Shown one piece after another: positions 37,301 to 48,258 of a stretch of 64,000 bases of DNA. Positions within the stretch are counted from its first letter, which is position 1, and each line of letters begins with the position of its first letter. The DNA is from Kiritimatiellia bacterium (GTDB taxonomy: Bacteria > Verrucomicrobiota > Kiritimatiellia > RFP12 > UBA1067): NCBI GenBank assembly GCA_050949565.1, contig JBMNFY010000017.1, positions 384,001 through 448,000 on the forward strand, read 5' to 3'. The notes beneath the pieces were generated by a model, which was not told the origin of the DNA, did not search any database, and saw nothing but the letters and a program-made list of their open reading frames with translations. The position numbers were made by a program, and so were the translations under genes.

Positions 37301-40300
37301 TGGTGGCGGCGGCCCAGCGGCCGTTGAAGCGGACGTCGGACCAGTTGGTGACGTAGCCGTATTGGTCGGTCATGACCGAGCCGTTGTCGGCGCTGGCATC
37401 CACATGGAAGACCGGATCCAGCGCATAGGCGCGATCGGTCCGCGCAAAGGCCAGACGGCCAGCCTGAATATCAAGCCCGCCGGTCAATAGCGCGCTGTTG
37501 CTGACTTTGAGATCACCGGCGCCCAGCTTGGTCAGGCGACCGGCGCCGCAGGCAACATCGACCGAGAGCGTGTCGCCTTCCGCGAGGGTGAGTTGCGCTG
37601 CGCCGAGCAGTTCCAGGCGGCGGATGTCGGCGATCCACTTGGCGGTGAGGTAACTCTCGATGGCGGCACGCTCGGCTTCCGTCACGACGTTGGTGCAGAT
37701 GAGCACCTCGCCGAGACGCTGTCCGCCAGTGTAACTCGGTGAGACCGTGCGGTAGCGCGCGAACTGGTCGGCGCGTCCGCGTTGCAGGTCTGGATTGACC
37801 GACCCGTCGGTATCGTCGACAAAGGACAGTACCTGATACCCGCCGTTAAACGGTGTGCGCGTATCGAAGGCGAATGGCTCGCTGTCCACGTAACTGCGTC
37901 CGTAACGGGTGTAGAACTTCTCCTGATTCCAGAGCGGTGTGCGATAGGTTTTTTTCACATCAGGAGCACGGATGAAGTCGTTCACGATCGAGCAACCGAG
38001 CAGATAACCGCCGCCTTCGTGCGTGCCGATCGCCATGAAGAAGGTACGCACCGGGTAGACCTGCGCACTCCAGCGCAGGTAGCGGCCGCTCTCATACGGG
38101 CCGAACGCCACGATCGGCAAGCCGTTGGCCGAGGCCGGCAGAAGCTGCGGCGCCGAACCGTCGTTCTCGCTGTAGGCATGCATCCACTCATCATCGAGCA
38201 CGCCCTTGCGCACGTCCCACCACTGCGTGACACGCCCGGCGGCGTTGGTCAGGAGCGTATCAGGGCGGGAAGCGTCGACCCAGAAAGCCGGCACCACCGA
38301 AGCCGGAATCGTCGCGGGGCTCACGCGGACCGGCAGCAACGTGCTGCCCTCGACGGTCAGCGTGCGCAGCGTGGTCGGAACCGGGAAGGAGAAATCACCG
38401 GTGCCGTTTTTGCGGAAGGCTCCGTGGCCGCTGAAAGCGGTCACGGTCAAGGATGCGGCGCCGGTATCAACGATGGCGTTTTGCAAATCGTCGAGCGTGA
38501 CGAGGTCCAGCGTTGTCGGGCTGCCGGTCGCGACGAAGCGGCCGTTGCCGCTGACCGAGGCGACCGCCAACGGTGCCCCTCCATTGTTGAAGGTCACGGT
38601 GCCGCTGAGCGCAAGCGTGTCGATCGAGAACGCGCCGGCCGGAACGTTCAAGGTTCCGGCGCCACTGACCTGCTCCACGCGATTGAAAAGACCGAGCGTG
38701 ACCACCTGCGAGCCGGAGAGGTTGATGACCGGCGCATAGTAGGGACGGTTCAGGGTCAGGGTGCCGGGGCCAGTAATATCGGTCAAGATCCAAGGTTCGG
38801 TGCCCGCGTCATTGACAGTGAGGTCGCCAGACATAGAAAGGCTGGTGACGGTCAGCGCATTGGTGACGGTCAGCGTGCCGCGCCCATAGAGCCGGCCAAC
38901 CGTCAAGTTCGCGCCGGGAACGGTGAGCTGCGCATTGCCGACCAAGGTTATCCCGTTCCAGACCTTGTCGCCGGCCGGGCCGAGGATCTCAACCGGGCCG
39001 CAGTTGTTGAGATAGAGCGTGCCGTCAAAGTTCGACACATCACCGATCGTGGCGGATGCCACGGTATCGTCAAACCGCACGACGCCACTTCCGGTCAGGG
39101 CGGCAATCTCAACCGTATCCGTGGTCTTGAAAACCACAGTGCCGATGTTGCTGTCGAGCGCGCCGACGGCCACCGGCTTCGTCCCGGCCTGCACGGTCAG
39201 TGTCGCGTTGGTCATCTGGATATCCTCGACCGTCAACGCCCCGCATCCGGAAGCGTCGAAAGTGCCCGACCCGGAAAGCCAGCCGACCGCAAGGGCAGTG
39301 CCGTCATTGGTAACGGCGAGGGTACCGCCGACACGCACCTCACCGAGGCCGATGCCGTCGTCCAGAGTCAGCGCGCCCTCACCGTACACGGTACCGATCA
39401 CCGGATCGCCAGCCAGCGGAGCGGCCAGTGTGAGCGCCTCGCGGTAGAGACCGACGTGCTCCAGCAGGATCGGCGCGCTGGAAGTCAGCGCGCCTGTACC
39501 GCGCAACATCCCGACCGCATACGCGCCTTCGCCCGCGAGGTCCAGCGTACCGGCGAGTTTGACGGTGTCAACATCGACCGGACCTTCCGCAAGCACCTGA
39601 CCCGCACCGGTCAGCACATTCACGCACAGCGTACCGCTGTCGGCCCGTCCCACACTGCCGGTACCCGCAATCTCAAGGATACGCAGATCGGGGCCGCGGA
39701 ACCATTTGTCGGTCAGGTAGCTCTCGACCGCCTCGCGTTCGGCAGGAGTCAGAATCTCCTCAAAGACTGCGACCTCGGCCAGGCTTTGTCCGCCGCTCTG
39801 CGCGTTGAAATACCGATCGTTGGCGAACCGCCCGACGGTCAAGCCCGTCGTGGCGGTGTTGGTAGCGATCAACGATATTAGATGGAATGCACCAGAAAGG
39901 CCGGTCGTACGTCCATTGCGGATCTGACGGTCAATCTGTGTCTCGCCACACCACAGGTCGTTGGGCAGGTATTCGCGAAAGAGTGAGGCCTCGGGGAACA
40001 TGTAGCCGAGCGGCAGAGGCGTACCGTTGTTCCCTCGGTGCAGATGATAGGTGTCGGTCGCACCGAGCAGAAAGCCGCCACCGAACTGGCTGCCCAACAC
40101 CCAGAAGACCGATTTCACACTGCCGGTGAATTCGCGCGACCAGTGCATGCCGCGAATCTGGCCGGTGGAGAATGGCATGATACCGAAGTCGACGACCGGC
40201 AGGCCGTTCAGCGCATTGGCGGTCCAGAGCGGCGCGGTGTCGGGCGGCACAGCAAAGGGATAGCCAGCGCCGCGCAGGTCACGCCACTCCGTGACGGCCC

Positions 40301-40642
40301 CTCGTCGTCCGCTGTGATGCTGGACGCGGCGGAGGCATCGACATGAAAAACAGCCCGCGCAAAAACTGTATCCGGGCGTGTGGCCGGCGTAGCACCGGAA
40401 ACACCGGCATGCAACGCGCCCTCGCGCAGCCGCACGACACCGTTGAAAAGCCCCGGGTCTTGCAGGATCAGCAGACCGCTGCCGGCCTTGTCGACCACGC
40501 CGGTCCCGGTTTGCGCGACCACGGTGTTTGTTTCGCCCGCAGGCACCGTGATCGGCAGCGTATCGTTCATGAATGGACCTTGCGCGTACAGCAACGGCAC
40601 GATGGAGACAAAAAGGCACGACAAAAGGCGGAGTGTTTTCAT
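34398..40642 (-). CDS. Giant secreted protein with ~4-5 LamG-like modules and autotransporter-associated beta-strand repeats (one frameshift)
   Basis: Signal peptide MKTLRLLSCLFVSIVPLLYA; repeated (F/W)xDAS...W.D...LNG.PV.DFG...GSQ.GGG...GG..L.EV......VE.YL..KWF modules; missing G in a G-run near 40298 joins ORF 40208-40723 to 34398-40619. Confidence 0.78.
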
Positions 40643-40761
40643 CTGCGTAAATCCTTTCTCGACTTCCACATAACTTGTATAATAGTGCCGTTTTTTAGGT
40701 GAATCAGCAAGTGGAAACCGCATCCCCGAAAAGTTAGAATTCAGGAGTTAGGATTTAGGAG

Positions 40762-41982
40762 TTGAAAGCGGACGTGTTACGGACGGAGGTGACCACGCAC
40801 GCCTTGCGTGCTGTGCGGCTTGCCGGTGTCGTTGTAGGGCTACTGGGGGTCGCGGTTTGCCAAGCCGCAGGTGTGGTCGGCGGACAGGTTGAGATGCCGC
40901 TGGACGACGCTGTGTACGCGCGTCTGGGCAAGGCAATCCGTCACGAGGCCTTCTCCAGCAACCGAGTGTTTCGGATCGCGGACCTTGCCGCCGCGATGAA
41001 CCGGCGCGAGCCGCTCGGCCTCGTGCCCGCGACACCGGCGCAGACACCGCTGGACGACGCCGCACTGCATGAACGCGCGGCACGGGCGACGTTTGCGCTC
41101 TACACGCTTTCTGAGGCGGACTACAAGTCCGGGAACACTGCACGCTTGGGCGCGGCCTTTCTGATCCATCCCGGCATAGCCGCGACTTGCTTCCACGCCT
41201 TCAAAGGTCTGGATGAACCGTTCGTAGCGGCGGGATTGACGGTCGAAGGGCGGCCGGTCACCGTCGTCAAAATTCTGGCGCTCTATCCGCTGGAAGACCT
41301 CGCGCTGCTGCAAGTGGAGGGCGCCGGTGATACCGTCCAGTGGCTGCCGTTGCGGCCGGATACGCCTGCAGGAACCCGTGTCCGTGCGATCGGCCATCCG
41401 CTGAATAAATACTTCTTCGCGGTCGAAGGGATGGTCGCCCGCTATGGCATCAAAAACGGTCCGGGGGGCGAGCGCTTGACGCGCTTGCATCTGATGATCC
41501 ACTCGATCGGCGGATTCAGTGGCGGCGCGATCATCGACAATGCGGGCAACGCGGTGGGCATGCTCGACAGCATTGAAACGCTTAAAGCCGGCGCGGCGAC
41601 CTACGACATACACTCAGCGATTCCGGCGGCGGCGATCCGGGCGCGTTTCTTCGAACCCTACGCCTGCGGGATGACACCTGAAGCGGTCGCGGATCTGTTG
41701 CGGCCAGTCGCCACACCGAGCGCGTCGGTCGATGTCCACACCATCAAAACCGAAGGTGCGAAAGGCGCCGCGATCAGCGAGATACGCAGCAATGCGCCTC
41801 ATGCGTATACGGTACGGATTGAGGACAAGAGCGGCAAAGTACTCGCCCACGGTCGGCCCTCCGACGCGTTGCGGGCGGGACTGCCGGAATGGGCCAAATC
41901 GCTGTACGATGAAAACGTCAGGGCCGCTGGAGCCAAGGCCGACGCCATCGCACCGCCGGATGGCATGGAGCAACCCCGATGA
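40762..41982 (+). CDS. Trypsin-like (S1) serine protease, secreted
   Basis: Triad motifs ATCFHAF, EDLALL, GGFSGGAIID..G.AVGM; start uncertain. Confidence 0.7.
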   Translation: MKADVLRTEVTTHALRAVRLAGVVVGLLGVAVCQAAGVVGGQVEMPLDDAVYARLGKAIRHEAFSSNRVFRIADLAAAMNRREPLGLVPATPAQTPLDDAALHERAARATFALYTLSEADYKSGNTARLGAAFLIHPGIAATCFHAFKGLDEPFVAAGLTVEGRPVTVVKILALYPLEDLALLQVEGAGDTVQWLPLRPDTPAGTRVRAIGHPLNKYFFAVEGMVARYGIKNGPGGERLTRLHLMIHSIGGFSGGAIIDNAGNAVGMLDSIETLKAGAATYDIHSAIPAAAIRARFFEPYACGMTPEAVADLLRPVATPSASVDVHTIKTEGAKGAAISEIRSNAPHAYTVRIEDKSGKVLAHGRPSDALRAGLPEWAKSLYDENVRAAGAKADAIAPPDGMEQPR

Positions 41983-42038
41983 AAAGGCCGTTTTTCTCGC
42001 GAGGTTGACGACTCGTCATCATCCTCGGCATGTAAGAA

Positions 42039-42800
42039 TCAGGTCGAGGCGAAAAAGGCGTCGATCATGCGGCGCGCGATGCTGACACGCGAGGGAATCG
42101 GCGGCAGGTCGTCGCGACCGAACCAACCGGCCTCGGCAATCTCGACACCGTCGGGCGTGATCTCGCCGCTTTCATACTCCGCCGTGAAACCGAACATCAG
42201 GTTGTTGGGGAACGGCCAGGGTTGGCTCGATGCATACCGGATGTTTGTGACACGCAGGCCAACCTCCTCCGCGATCTCGCGCGCCACCGCCTGCTCAAGC
42301 GTTTCATGCGCCTCGACAAACCCGGCCACCAAGCTCCAGAACGGCAGCACGCCACCGGCTTTGTGGGCCAGCAGAATCCGGTCATCGCGCGCGATCAGTG
42401 TGATCACGACGGGATTGATGCGCGGGTAGGCAATGTGATTGCAGGCCGGGCAGATCATCGCGCGCTCAGTGGCGTGGCGTTGCAACGGCGCGCCGCAAGC
42501 ACCGCAAAAGCGGTGGACACGACGCCAATGCATGAGTTGGCTGGCCAGTCCAACCTGAGCATAACGCTGCGGCGTCACGAGGTCGAACAGCGCGCGTAGG
42601 CCCATCCGTTCTGCGCCGGGAACAGGTGCCTCTGCGGATTCAGCGGCGAAGACTCTCTCTCCCGCCCCCGCCGTCGTCGGCGCGGAGAGCGGTTCCACAA
42701 GGTCAAAGGCAAGCGGGTCCGCATCAAACAGCCAAGATGGTCCTTCGGGGGTTTGTCTGACCCAGAGCTGATCTGCAGAAAACAGCAGTAGCCCTTTCAC
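42039..42800 (-). CDS. nudC: NAD(+)/NADH diphosphatase
   Basis: HRFCGACG, CPAC...YPRINP, AGFVEAHETLEQAVAREIAEEVG, SQPWPFP. Confidence 0.92.
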   Translation of the reverse strand: MKGLLLFSADQLWVRQTPEGPSWLFDADPLAFDLVEPLSAPTTAGAGERVFAAESAEAPVPGAERMGLRALFDLVTPQRYAQVGLASQLMHWRRVHRFCGACGAPLQRHATERAMICPACNHIAYPRINPVVITLIARDDRILLAHKAGGVLPFWSLVAGFVEAHETLEQAVAREIAEEVGLRVTNIRYASSQPWPFPNNLMFGFTAEYESGEITPDGVEIAEAGWFGRDDLPPIPSRVSIARRMIDAFFAST

Positions 42801-44752
42801 GAAACGGGCACCTCCACATGGGCGCGGATAGCCGCGCGCAATGCGGTGGCATCCGTCTTAGTGAGCCGCTCCAGCACACACTGCCAGCGGTAAGCGATGC
42901 TCCCTCTGCGATCAAGAGGCCGGTGCCTGAAGAGCGCTTCAAAGGCCCTCCGACGCTGGAGGTATTTCCACTGCACCTGCTCAAAACTTTCCTGGAACGC
43001 CTCAAGATAGCATACGGCAAACTCGTCAGCATTGGGCATCAGCGCGGCACGACGATTAATCGGTCCCGCATAGGCGGCGGCGTCACGATCAAGGCGCATG
43101 TCGTACTGCGCGAAGGAGCCCGAGTGTTCGGAGACGATCAAATGCGCAGGCAAGCCTTCGGCGTCCAGCACGATCACCTCGTCACCATCGTCAAACATCA
43201 CCTGCAACTCAAGGTTGGCGCGTCCCACAATGGCGTTGACAGCGGCAGCAGCGCCCAGCAGGCGCGCCAACCGACGGTTAAACTCGGGATTCGCATAGTG
43301 ATCCGGAGGTATCTTGTCGGTGGCACAACCGCCGACGTAGACGCGCTCAAAGTAGACCGACCAAAAACGCGCACCCCTGTAGGCCGCATTTTGACCGTTG
43401 TAGGTTTCGGCAATGCGCCCGACAGCAAGACGTGGCGGCAGGTTCATACCAAGCTGCTGGCAACCGAGACGACGGTCCAGAATATAATCCGTGTAGTCCA
43501 TGGCCTCCATCACCGCACGCAGCAATTCCTTGCCATCATCGAGATGTTCTTTGACGCCCCATTTCTGGAAACGCAGAATGCGCAGCTCTGGTTCCTCCCT
43601 ATCGGCTTCTTTGATCTGCACCATATAAACCGGCGCCCGGCGTGACGCCGGCGCACGTATCGAGAGAGAGCGGCCAATACGCCCGATATTGATGTATTCG
43701 ATGGTGTTATATTCACGCAGATAATTAAAGATCATCGCTTTGGCACGCGGATCACAGAGCACCCTCAACTCAATGTCCTCAGGATGCGCGTCACTTTCAT
43801 CACAGACTGGATCGAAAATCAACTCGCCCTTCATAATGCGGCAACCAGGCAACCACTTGACCTGACGGTAGAACTCAGGCGAAATATCCTGTATCAACTC
43901 GCCTGCATCGACGGCGTTGGGTTGCTGGGTCAGCGCAGAACACATGCGGTTGCGCCACTTGATGTTGGCGGTTGACTCGTCGCGCAACTCTGCGGGTAAC
44001 GCCGCACGAAAAGTATCGAGCAGCTTTCGATAGGCCTCCCGCAGCGCGTCGATCGGCAGGGTTGCGGCGTCCAGAGTTTCAAAGGCCTGCCGGGTGAACG
44101 TACAGCCCGGCGGGAAGATATCGATCTCCGGATTCCAGAAACGGTTCTGCCGCGCGGTATACTCCACGATCTCTTCAAGCTGTTGCCGGAAGAGATCATC
44201 CGGCAATTCCTCAATGCTGGCGAATTGGGCGAGCGTGAGGAACCGGGTGCCGGTGGAGCGATTGTGGTAGTAGATCGGCTGCGTCTCAATGGCGGCGAGT
44301 GAAGAGGTAATCAGAAGACGCATCTCTTCTGCCGATACCGGCAGACGACTCATGCGCCAATTCTCGCCGCGCGCGCGCAAGGCGTCGCGCACCCGTGCGT
44401 CGTGCGTGTTGAGGAAGCGGATGCACCGTTTGGAAACCAGCTTCTGCAGCATCTCGTCGGCTTCGAAAGCAAGCTCCATCGCGCTGGGATCAGGACGGAT
44501 CAGCACCATGCGTTCGTCAAAAAGCAGATCCACCGAACGCGCTATCTCCTCTTCGATTTCAAGATCGCTCAGCGGTTCCAGACCGGCTTGCTGCCGTTCT
44601 CGATTCTGTTCCTTGACCCAGGCGAGGCGTTGCGTCACGTGGACGCCCTTCAACGTGATCAGCCAGCCCGACTTCAAAAGGATCGTGCCGACCCTTGAGA
44701 TGAGTTGCCCGTTCGCATCGCGGGCGAAAAGCGGTTCTCCGAGAATTTTCAT
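42797..44752 (-). CDS. Hypothetical protein, 651 aa
   Basis: Long ORF with 4-nt overlaps to both folD and nudC; no confident family. Confidence 0.75.
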   Translation of the reverse strand: MKILGEPLFARDANGQLISRVGTILLKSGWLITLKGVHVTQRLAWVKEQNRERQQAGLEPLSDLEIEEEIARSVDLLFDERMVLIRPDPSAMELAFEADEMLQKLVSKRCIRFLNTHDARVRDALRARGENWRMSRLPVSAEEMRLLITSSLAAIETQPIYYHNRSTGTRFLTLAQFASIEELPDDLFRQQLEEIVEYTARQNRFWNPEIDIFPPGCTFTRQAFETLDAATLPIDALREAYRKLLDTFRAALPAELRDESTANIKWRNRMCSALTQQPNAVDAGELIQDISPEFYRQVKWLPGCRIMKGELIFDPVCDESDAHPEDIELRVLCDPRAKAMIFNYLREYNTIEYINIGRIGRSLSIRAPASRRAPVYMVQIKEADREEPELRILRFQKWGVKEHLDDGKELLRAVMEAMDYTDYILDRRLGCQQLGMNLPPRLAVGRIAETYNGQNAAYRGARFWSVYFERVYVGGCATDKIPPDHYANPEFNRRLARLLGAAAAVNAIVGRANLELQVMFDDGDEVIVLDAEGLPAHLIVSEHSGSFAQYDMRLDRDAAAYAGPINRRAALMPNADEFAVCYLEAFQESFEQVQWKYLQRRRAFEALFRHRPLDRRGSIAYRWQCVLERLTKTDATALRAAIRAHVEVPVS

Positions 44753-45627
44753 AGGCGGCGGGCGGCTTCGAGTGTGTTGGCCAGTAACATGGTGATGGTC
44801 ATCGGGCCCACCCCGCCGGGCACGGGGGTGAGCAGCGAGGCGACCTCGCTCACAGATGCGGCGTCGACATCGCCGACGAGACGGAAACCGTTTTTCTTGG
44901 AGGCATCGGGAATGCGGTTGACCCCCACGTCGATCACCACCGCACCGGGCTTAATCATGCTGCCCGTGACCGTGCCCGGTCGCCCGGCCGCGACCACCAG
45001 AATGTCCGCCTGCCGCGTGTGGGTTGCGAGATCACGTGTGCCGGTGTGGCAAACCGTGACAGTGGCATTGCCGCCCTCGGCCTTGCGCATCAGCAGATGC
45101 GCCACCGGCTTGCCGACAATGTTGCTGCGTCCGATCACGACCGCATGCTGTCCAGCGGTCTGCACCCCGGTTTTGAGTAGCATCTGGATGATACCGTGCG
45201 GTGTGCAGGGTAGGAAGCAGGTCTCACCGATCATCATGCGGCCGACATTCACCGGGGTGAAGCCGTCCACATCTTTTTCGGGGGCGATCGCGTTGATAAC
45301 CGCGGCTTCGTCGATATGGCGCGGCAACGGGAGCTGCACCAAAATACCGTGGACACGCGGGTCGTCGTTCATGCGGCACACCAGGGCCAGCGCCTCCTCC
45401 TGCGTAGTCTCGGCCGGCACGCGCACATCCAGCGAAAACATGCCTGCCTCTTCACAGGCGCGTTCTTTGGCGGTAACATACGAGGTGGAGGCCGGATCGG
45501 TACCGATCAAGATCACGCCCAACCCCGGCGTCACACCACGATCGGCTTTAAGATCGGCGACCTGTCGCGCGATTTCCGCACGCATCTCGGCGGCGAGTTT
45601 TTTTCCATCAAGCAGCGTTGCACTCAT
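44749..45627 (-). CDS. folD: Methylenetetrahydrofolate dehydrogenase/cyclohydrolase
   Basis: HGILVQLPLP, EKDVDGF, PCTPHG, GRSNIVGKP, TPVPGGVGPMT. Confidence 0.96.
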   Translation of the reverse strand: MSATLLDGKKLAAEMRAEIARQVADLKADRGVTPGLGVILIGTDPASTSYVTAKERACEEAGMFSLDVRVPAETTQEEALALVCRMNDDPRVHGILVQLPLPRHIDEAAVINAIAPEKDVDGFTPVNVGRMMIGETCFLPCTPHGIIQMLLKTGVQTAGQHAVVIGRSNIVGKPVAHLLMRKAEGGNATVTVCHTGTRDLATHTRQADILVVAAGRPGTVTGSMIKPGAVVIDVGVNRIPDASKKNGFRLVGDVDAASVSEVASLLTPVPGGVGPMTITMLLANTLEAARRL

Positions 45628-45646
45628 AGCTCATCGTATTCTTTAA

Positions 45647-45745
45647 GGGCTCTTGCAAAGCCCCTCGTGACATGGGCGTCCCGCCCATGAAACACGGGCA
45701 AGATGCCCGTGCCACATCTGCAAGCAAGAAGTTTTGCAAGGCCTC
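45647..45745. mobile_element. 99-bp MITE-like element, copy 2
   Basis: Same length and near-identical to 8648-8746; TIR GGGCTCTTGCAAAG / TTTTGCAAGGCCTC; TTAA lies on both flanks. Confidence 0.75.
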
Positions 45746-45931
45746 TTTAATTAAGTTCAAACTGAAAAAGTCTCATCGCGGCATCCGACTCACGGCGCAT
45801 GACCGAACGACAAGTACGCTCCAAGTGTAGCAAAGATTCGTATGCGTCGCATCTCAAAGTTTCAGATTGTCGGCGAGGCCTTTTTTTGTTAAAAAAGACG
45901 CGTTGATAAAGTGACAAATCGGAGGTGTTTC

Positions 45932-46840
45932 ATGAATGCTATCAAACGTCGCTCTTTTTTGAAAACGTCTGCCTCTGCCGCCGCCGTCAGTGCGCTGCCG
46001 AGCATTCCGATCAATGCGCAAGAGGCCACTGCGCCGGCCGCCACGGTGATTGTCGTGCACGGCACGGACATCCCCAAAATGCTGGCTGCGGGTATCGCCA
46101 AACTGGGCGGATGGGATGCCTTCATCAAGCCCGGCATGAAGGTCGTCATCAAACCTAACGTCGCTTGGAACTCTAAGCCCGAGCAGGGCGGTAACACCCA
46201 TCCCGACTTGGTCAAGGCTTGCGTGCTGGCAGCCGAGGCTCAGGGTGCCACCAAGATCTCCCTGCCGGAAAACCCGTGCCATCCGGAAAAAGCAACCTTC
46301 CAAGCGAGTGGCATCGCCGACGCGCTGAAGGGTACCCAAGCACGGCTCTACCGTCCCGCCAAGGGGGATTACCAAGCCATTGAGATTCCGAAAGGCAAGG
46401 TCGCCAAAACGGCCAACGTGCCCAAGGACATTCTGGAGTGCGACTGCCTGATCAATATGCCGGTGGCCAAACACCATAGCGGCGCGACGCTCACGCTCTC
46501 CATGAAAAACTGGATGGGCTCGATCGCCAATGAGGATCGCCGCGCTTGGCATCGCGACGGCCTGCACCAGTGCATCGCCGACTTCAGCACCTTCATCCGC
46601 CCGAAACTGGTGGTCATTGACGCCACGCGTATCATGCTCACCAAAGGACCGCAAGGCCCCGGCGACCTGGAGCACCCGAACGAGGTGATCCTGAGCACCG
46701 ACCCGGTGGCGGCCGATGCTTATGCCGCGACGCTTTTCAAAAAAGCGCCGTTCGATATCGGCCATATTCAGATCGGCCACGAAATGAGCATCGGCTGCGG
46801 CGATCTCACAAAAATCAAGGTCGAGCGTATCGAAGTGTAA
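45932..46840 (+). CDS. DUF362 domain protein with Tat signal
   Basis: KRRSFLK Tat motif; VVIKPN..W...PE...NTHPDLV, INMPVAKHH....TLSMKN.MG, DPVAADA. Confidence 0.88.
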   Translation: MNAIKRRSFLKTSASAAAVSALPSIPINAQEATAPAATVIVVHGTDIPKMLAAGIAKLGGWDAFIKPGMKVVIKPNVAWNSKPEQGGNTHPDLVKACVLAAEAQGATKISLPENPCHPEKATFQASGIADALKGTQARLYRPAKGDYQAIEIPKGKVAKTANVPKDILECDCLINMPVAKHHSGATLTLSMKNWMGSIANEDRRAWHRDGLHQCIADFSTFIRPKLVVIDATRIMLTKGPQGPGDLEHPNEVILSTDPVAADAYAATLFKKAPFDIGHIQIGHEMSIGCGDLTKIKVERIEV

Positions 46841-46844
46841 CCCC

Positions 46845-48245
46845 ATGATGACCCGCCGCAACCTGCTCCGCCTCATTCTGTTCGTCGCGTTCGCCCTGCT
46901 CGCGCTGGGCGTGTTGCCCGAGGCATGGCGACGCTGGAGCGTGCTGTTGCCCAGCCTGAGCCCACTGCTCAGTCTGGGCGGTGCTCTCGCCGCCCGCAGC
47001 GCCGGTCTGCTTGCCTTGCTCGGCTTGCCTCTGCTGGTGTTGCCGCTTTTCAAAGGACGCTTTTTCTGCTGGCGACTCTGCCCCATGGGCTTCGCCGCTG
47101 AAATGGTCAGCCGCCTCAACCGCCGCAACACCGGCCTGATCCGCCGCCTTCCGTTTATCGGCAAGGGCCTGGCGCTCCTGATCATCGGTAGCGCGGCCAT
47201 CGGCTGGCCGTTGTTGATCTGGACCGACCCGCTCTGTATCTTCAACGGCTTTTTCGCGGCCTGGCGGAAACCGTTTACTTGGCTCTCAGCCGTCACCGCC
47301 AGCGGCTTTGTCCTAATCCTGCTGGTCAGTCTGATCGCCCCGAACATCTGGTGCCACCGCCTCTGTCCGCTGGGTGGTCTGCAAGAGTGGATCACGCAAC
47401 TCGGCAACCGCCTGCGTGCGGCACGCAAACCGATCACGCAAGAAACCGCGACTGCCCTCTCGCGCGCACGCGCAGGGCGGCGCGTCTTCCTTGGTTTCGC
47501 GTTGGGCGGCCTCACAGGCGTGCTCTACCGCCACTTCGGCATGCAGGCCGCAGCAGCCGTTGCATCACGCGAAGCCGCCGCCAGCCAGCGCGGCCAAGGC
47601 CGAGGACTTGGTCGGGGTCGCCGACGGCGGGAGCAAGCATCCGGCGAACAGGGCACCTGCGGCCACGATCATGACCACGGCCACGACCATGCATGCAAGT
47701 GTGGCCCCGAGCACCATATCGCCATCCGTCCTCCGGGCGCGACCGCCACCGGCTTCAACGCACGCTGCGCGCGCTGTGGTAACTGCATGACGGCATGTCC
47801 CTACGGCCTGATCCTGCCCGACCTCGGCAGCGCCGGCATCGATGGACTCTTCACACCGGTTCTCGCCTTCCGCAGCCGCAATAACCAACAGGAGCAGTTC
47901 TGCTTCCAAGAATGCACCGCCTGCACGCAGGTCTGCCCCACCGGTGCCTTGCGCCCGCTGACTGTCGAGCAGAAACAGCAGACCGCCATTGGTCTCGCCC
48001 GTGTCTTCAGGGGCCGCTGCATCGCCTGGGAAAAACAGGAGTACTGCGTGGTCTGCCAAGAGTACTGCCCCTACCACGCGATTATCGAAGTCGAACGCAA
48101 CGGCGTCATGTGCCCGATCGTCGATGCCGACAAATGCCGCGGCTGTGGTGCCTGCGAGAGCCAGTGCCCCGCGTTGCCGATCGCCATCGTGGTGAACGGC
48201 CGTTCCCGCCAGCCGATCCTCGCTCACCCCTCACCGCAGTTGTAA
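46845..48245 (+). CDS. Membrane polyferredoxin (NapH/MauN-like plus NapG/MauM-like 4Fe-4S domains)
   Basis: GRFFCWRLCPMG, WCHRLCPLG, IRPPGA, four CxxCxxxCP-type clusters. Confidence 0.85.
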   Translation: MMTRRNLLRLILFVAFALLALGVLPEAWRRWSVLLPSLSPLLSLGGALAARSAGLLALLGLPLLVLPLFKGRFFCWRLCPMGFAAEMVSRLNRRNTGLIRRLPFIGKGLALLIIGSAAIGWPLLIWTDPLCIFNGFFAAWRKPFTWLSAVTASGFVLILLVSLIAPNIWCHRLCPLGGLQEWITQLGNRLRAARKPITQETATALSRARAGRRVFLGFALGGLTGVLYRHFGMQAAAAVASREAAASQRGQGRGLGRGRRRREQASGEQGTCGHDHDHGHDHACKCGPEHHIAIRPPGATATGFNARCARCGNCMTACPYGLILPDLGSAGIDGLFTPVLAFRSRNNQQEQFCFQECTACTQVCPTGALRPLTVEQKQQTAIGLARVFRGRCIAWEKQEYCVVCQEYCPYHAIIEVERNGVMCPIVDADKCRGCGACESQCPALPIAIVVNGRSRQPILAHPSPQL

Positions 48246-48258
48246 GCCATACGCAACC

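Noticed and set aside
34284-39881. Long + strand ORFs (34284-36194, 36270-37490, 37782-39881), and similarly 6948-8525 (+) and 26159-27871 (-)
   Set aside because: Antisense shadows of GC3-rich genes; no motifs or RBS
40295-40302. Phase-variable or programmed frameshift
   Set aside because: The G-run is only 4-5 nt with no slippery heptamer or stimulator; the same pattern at 60790 suggests consensus error
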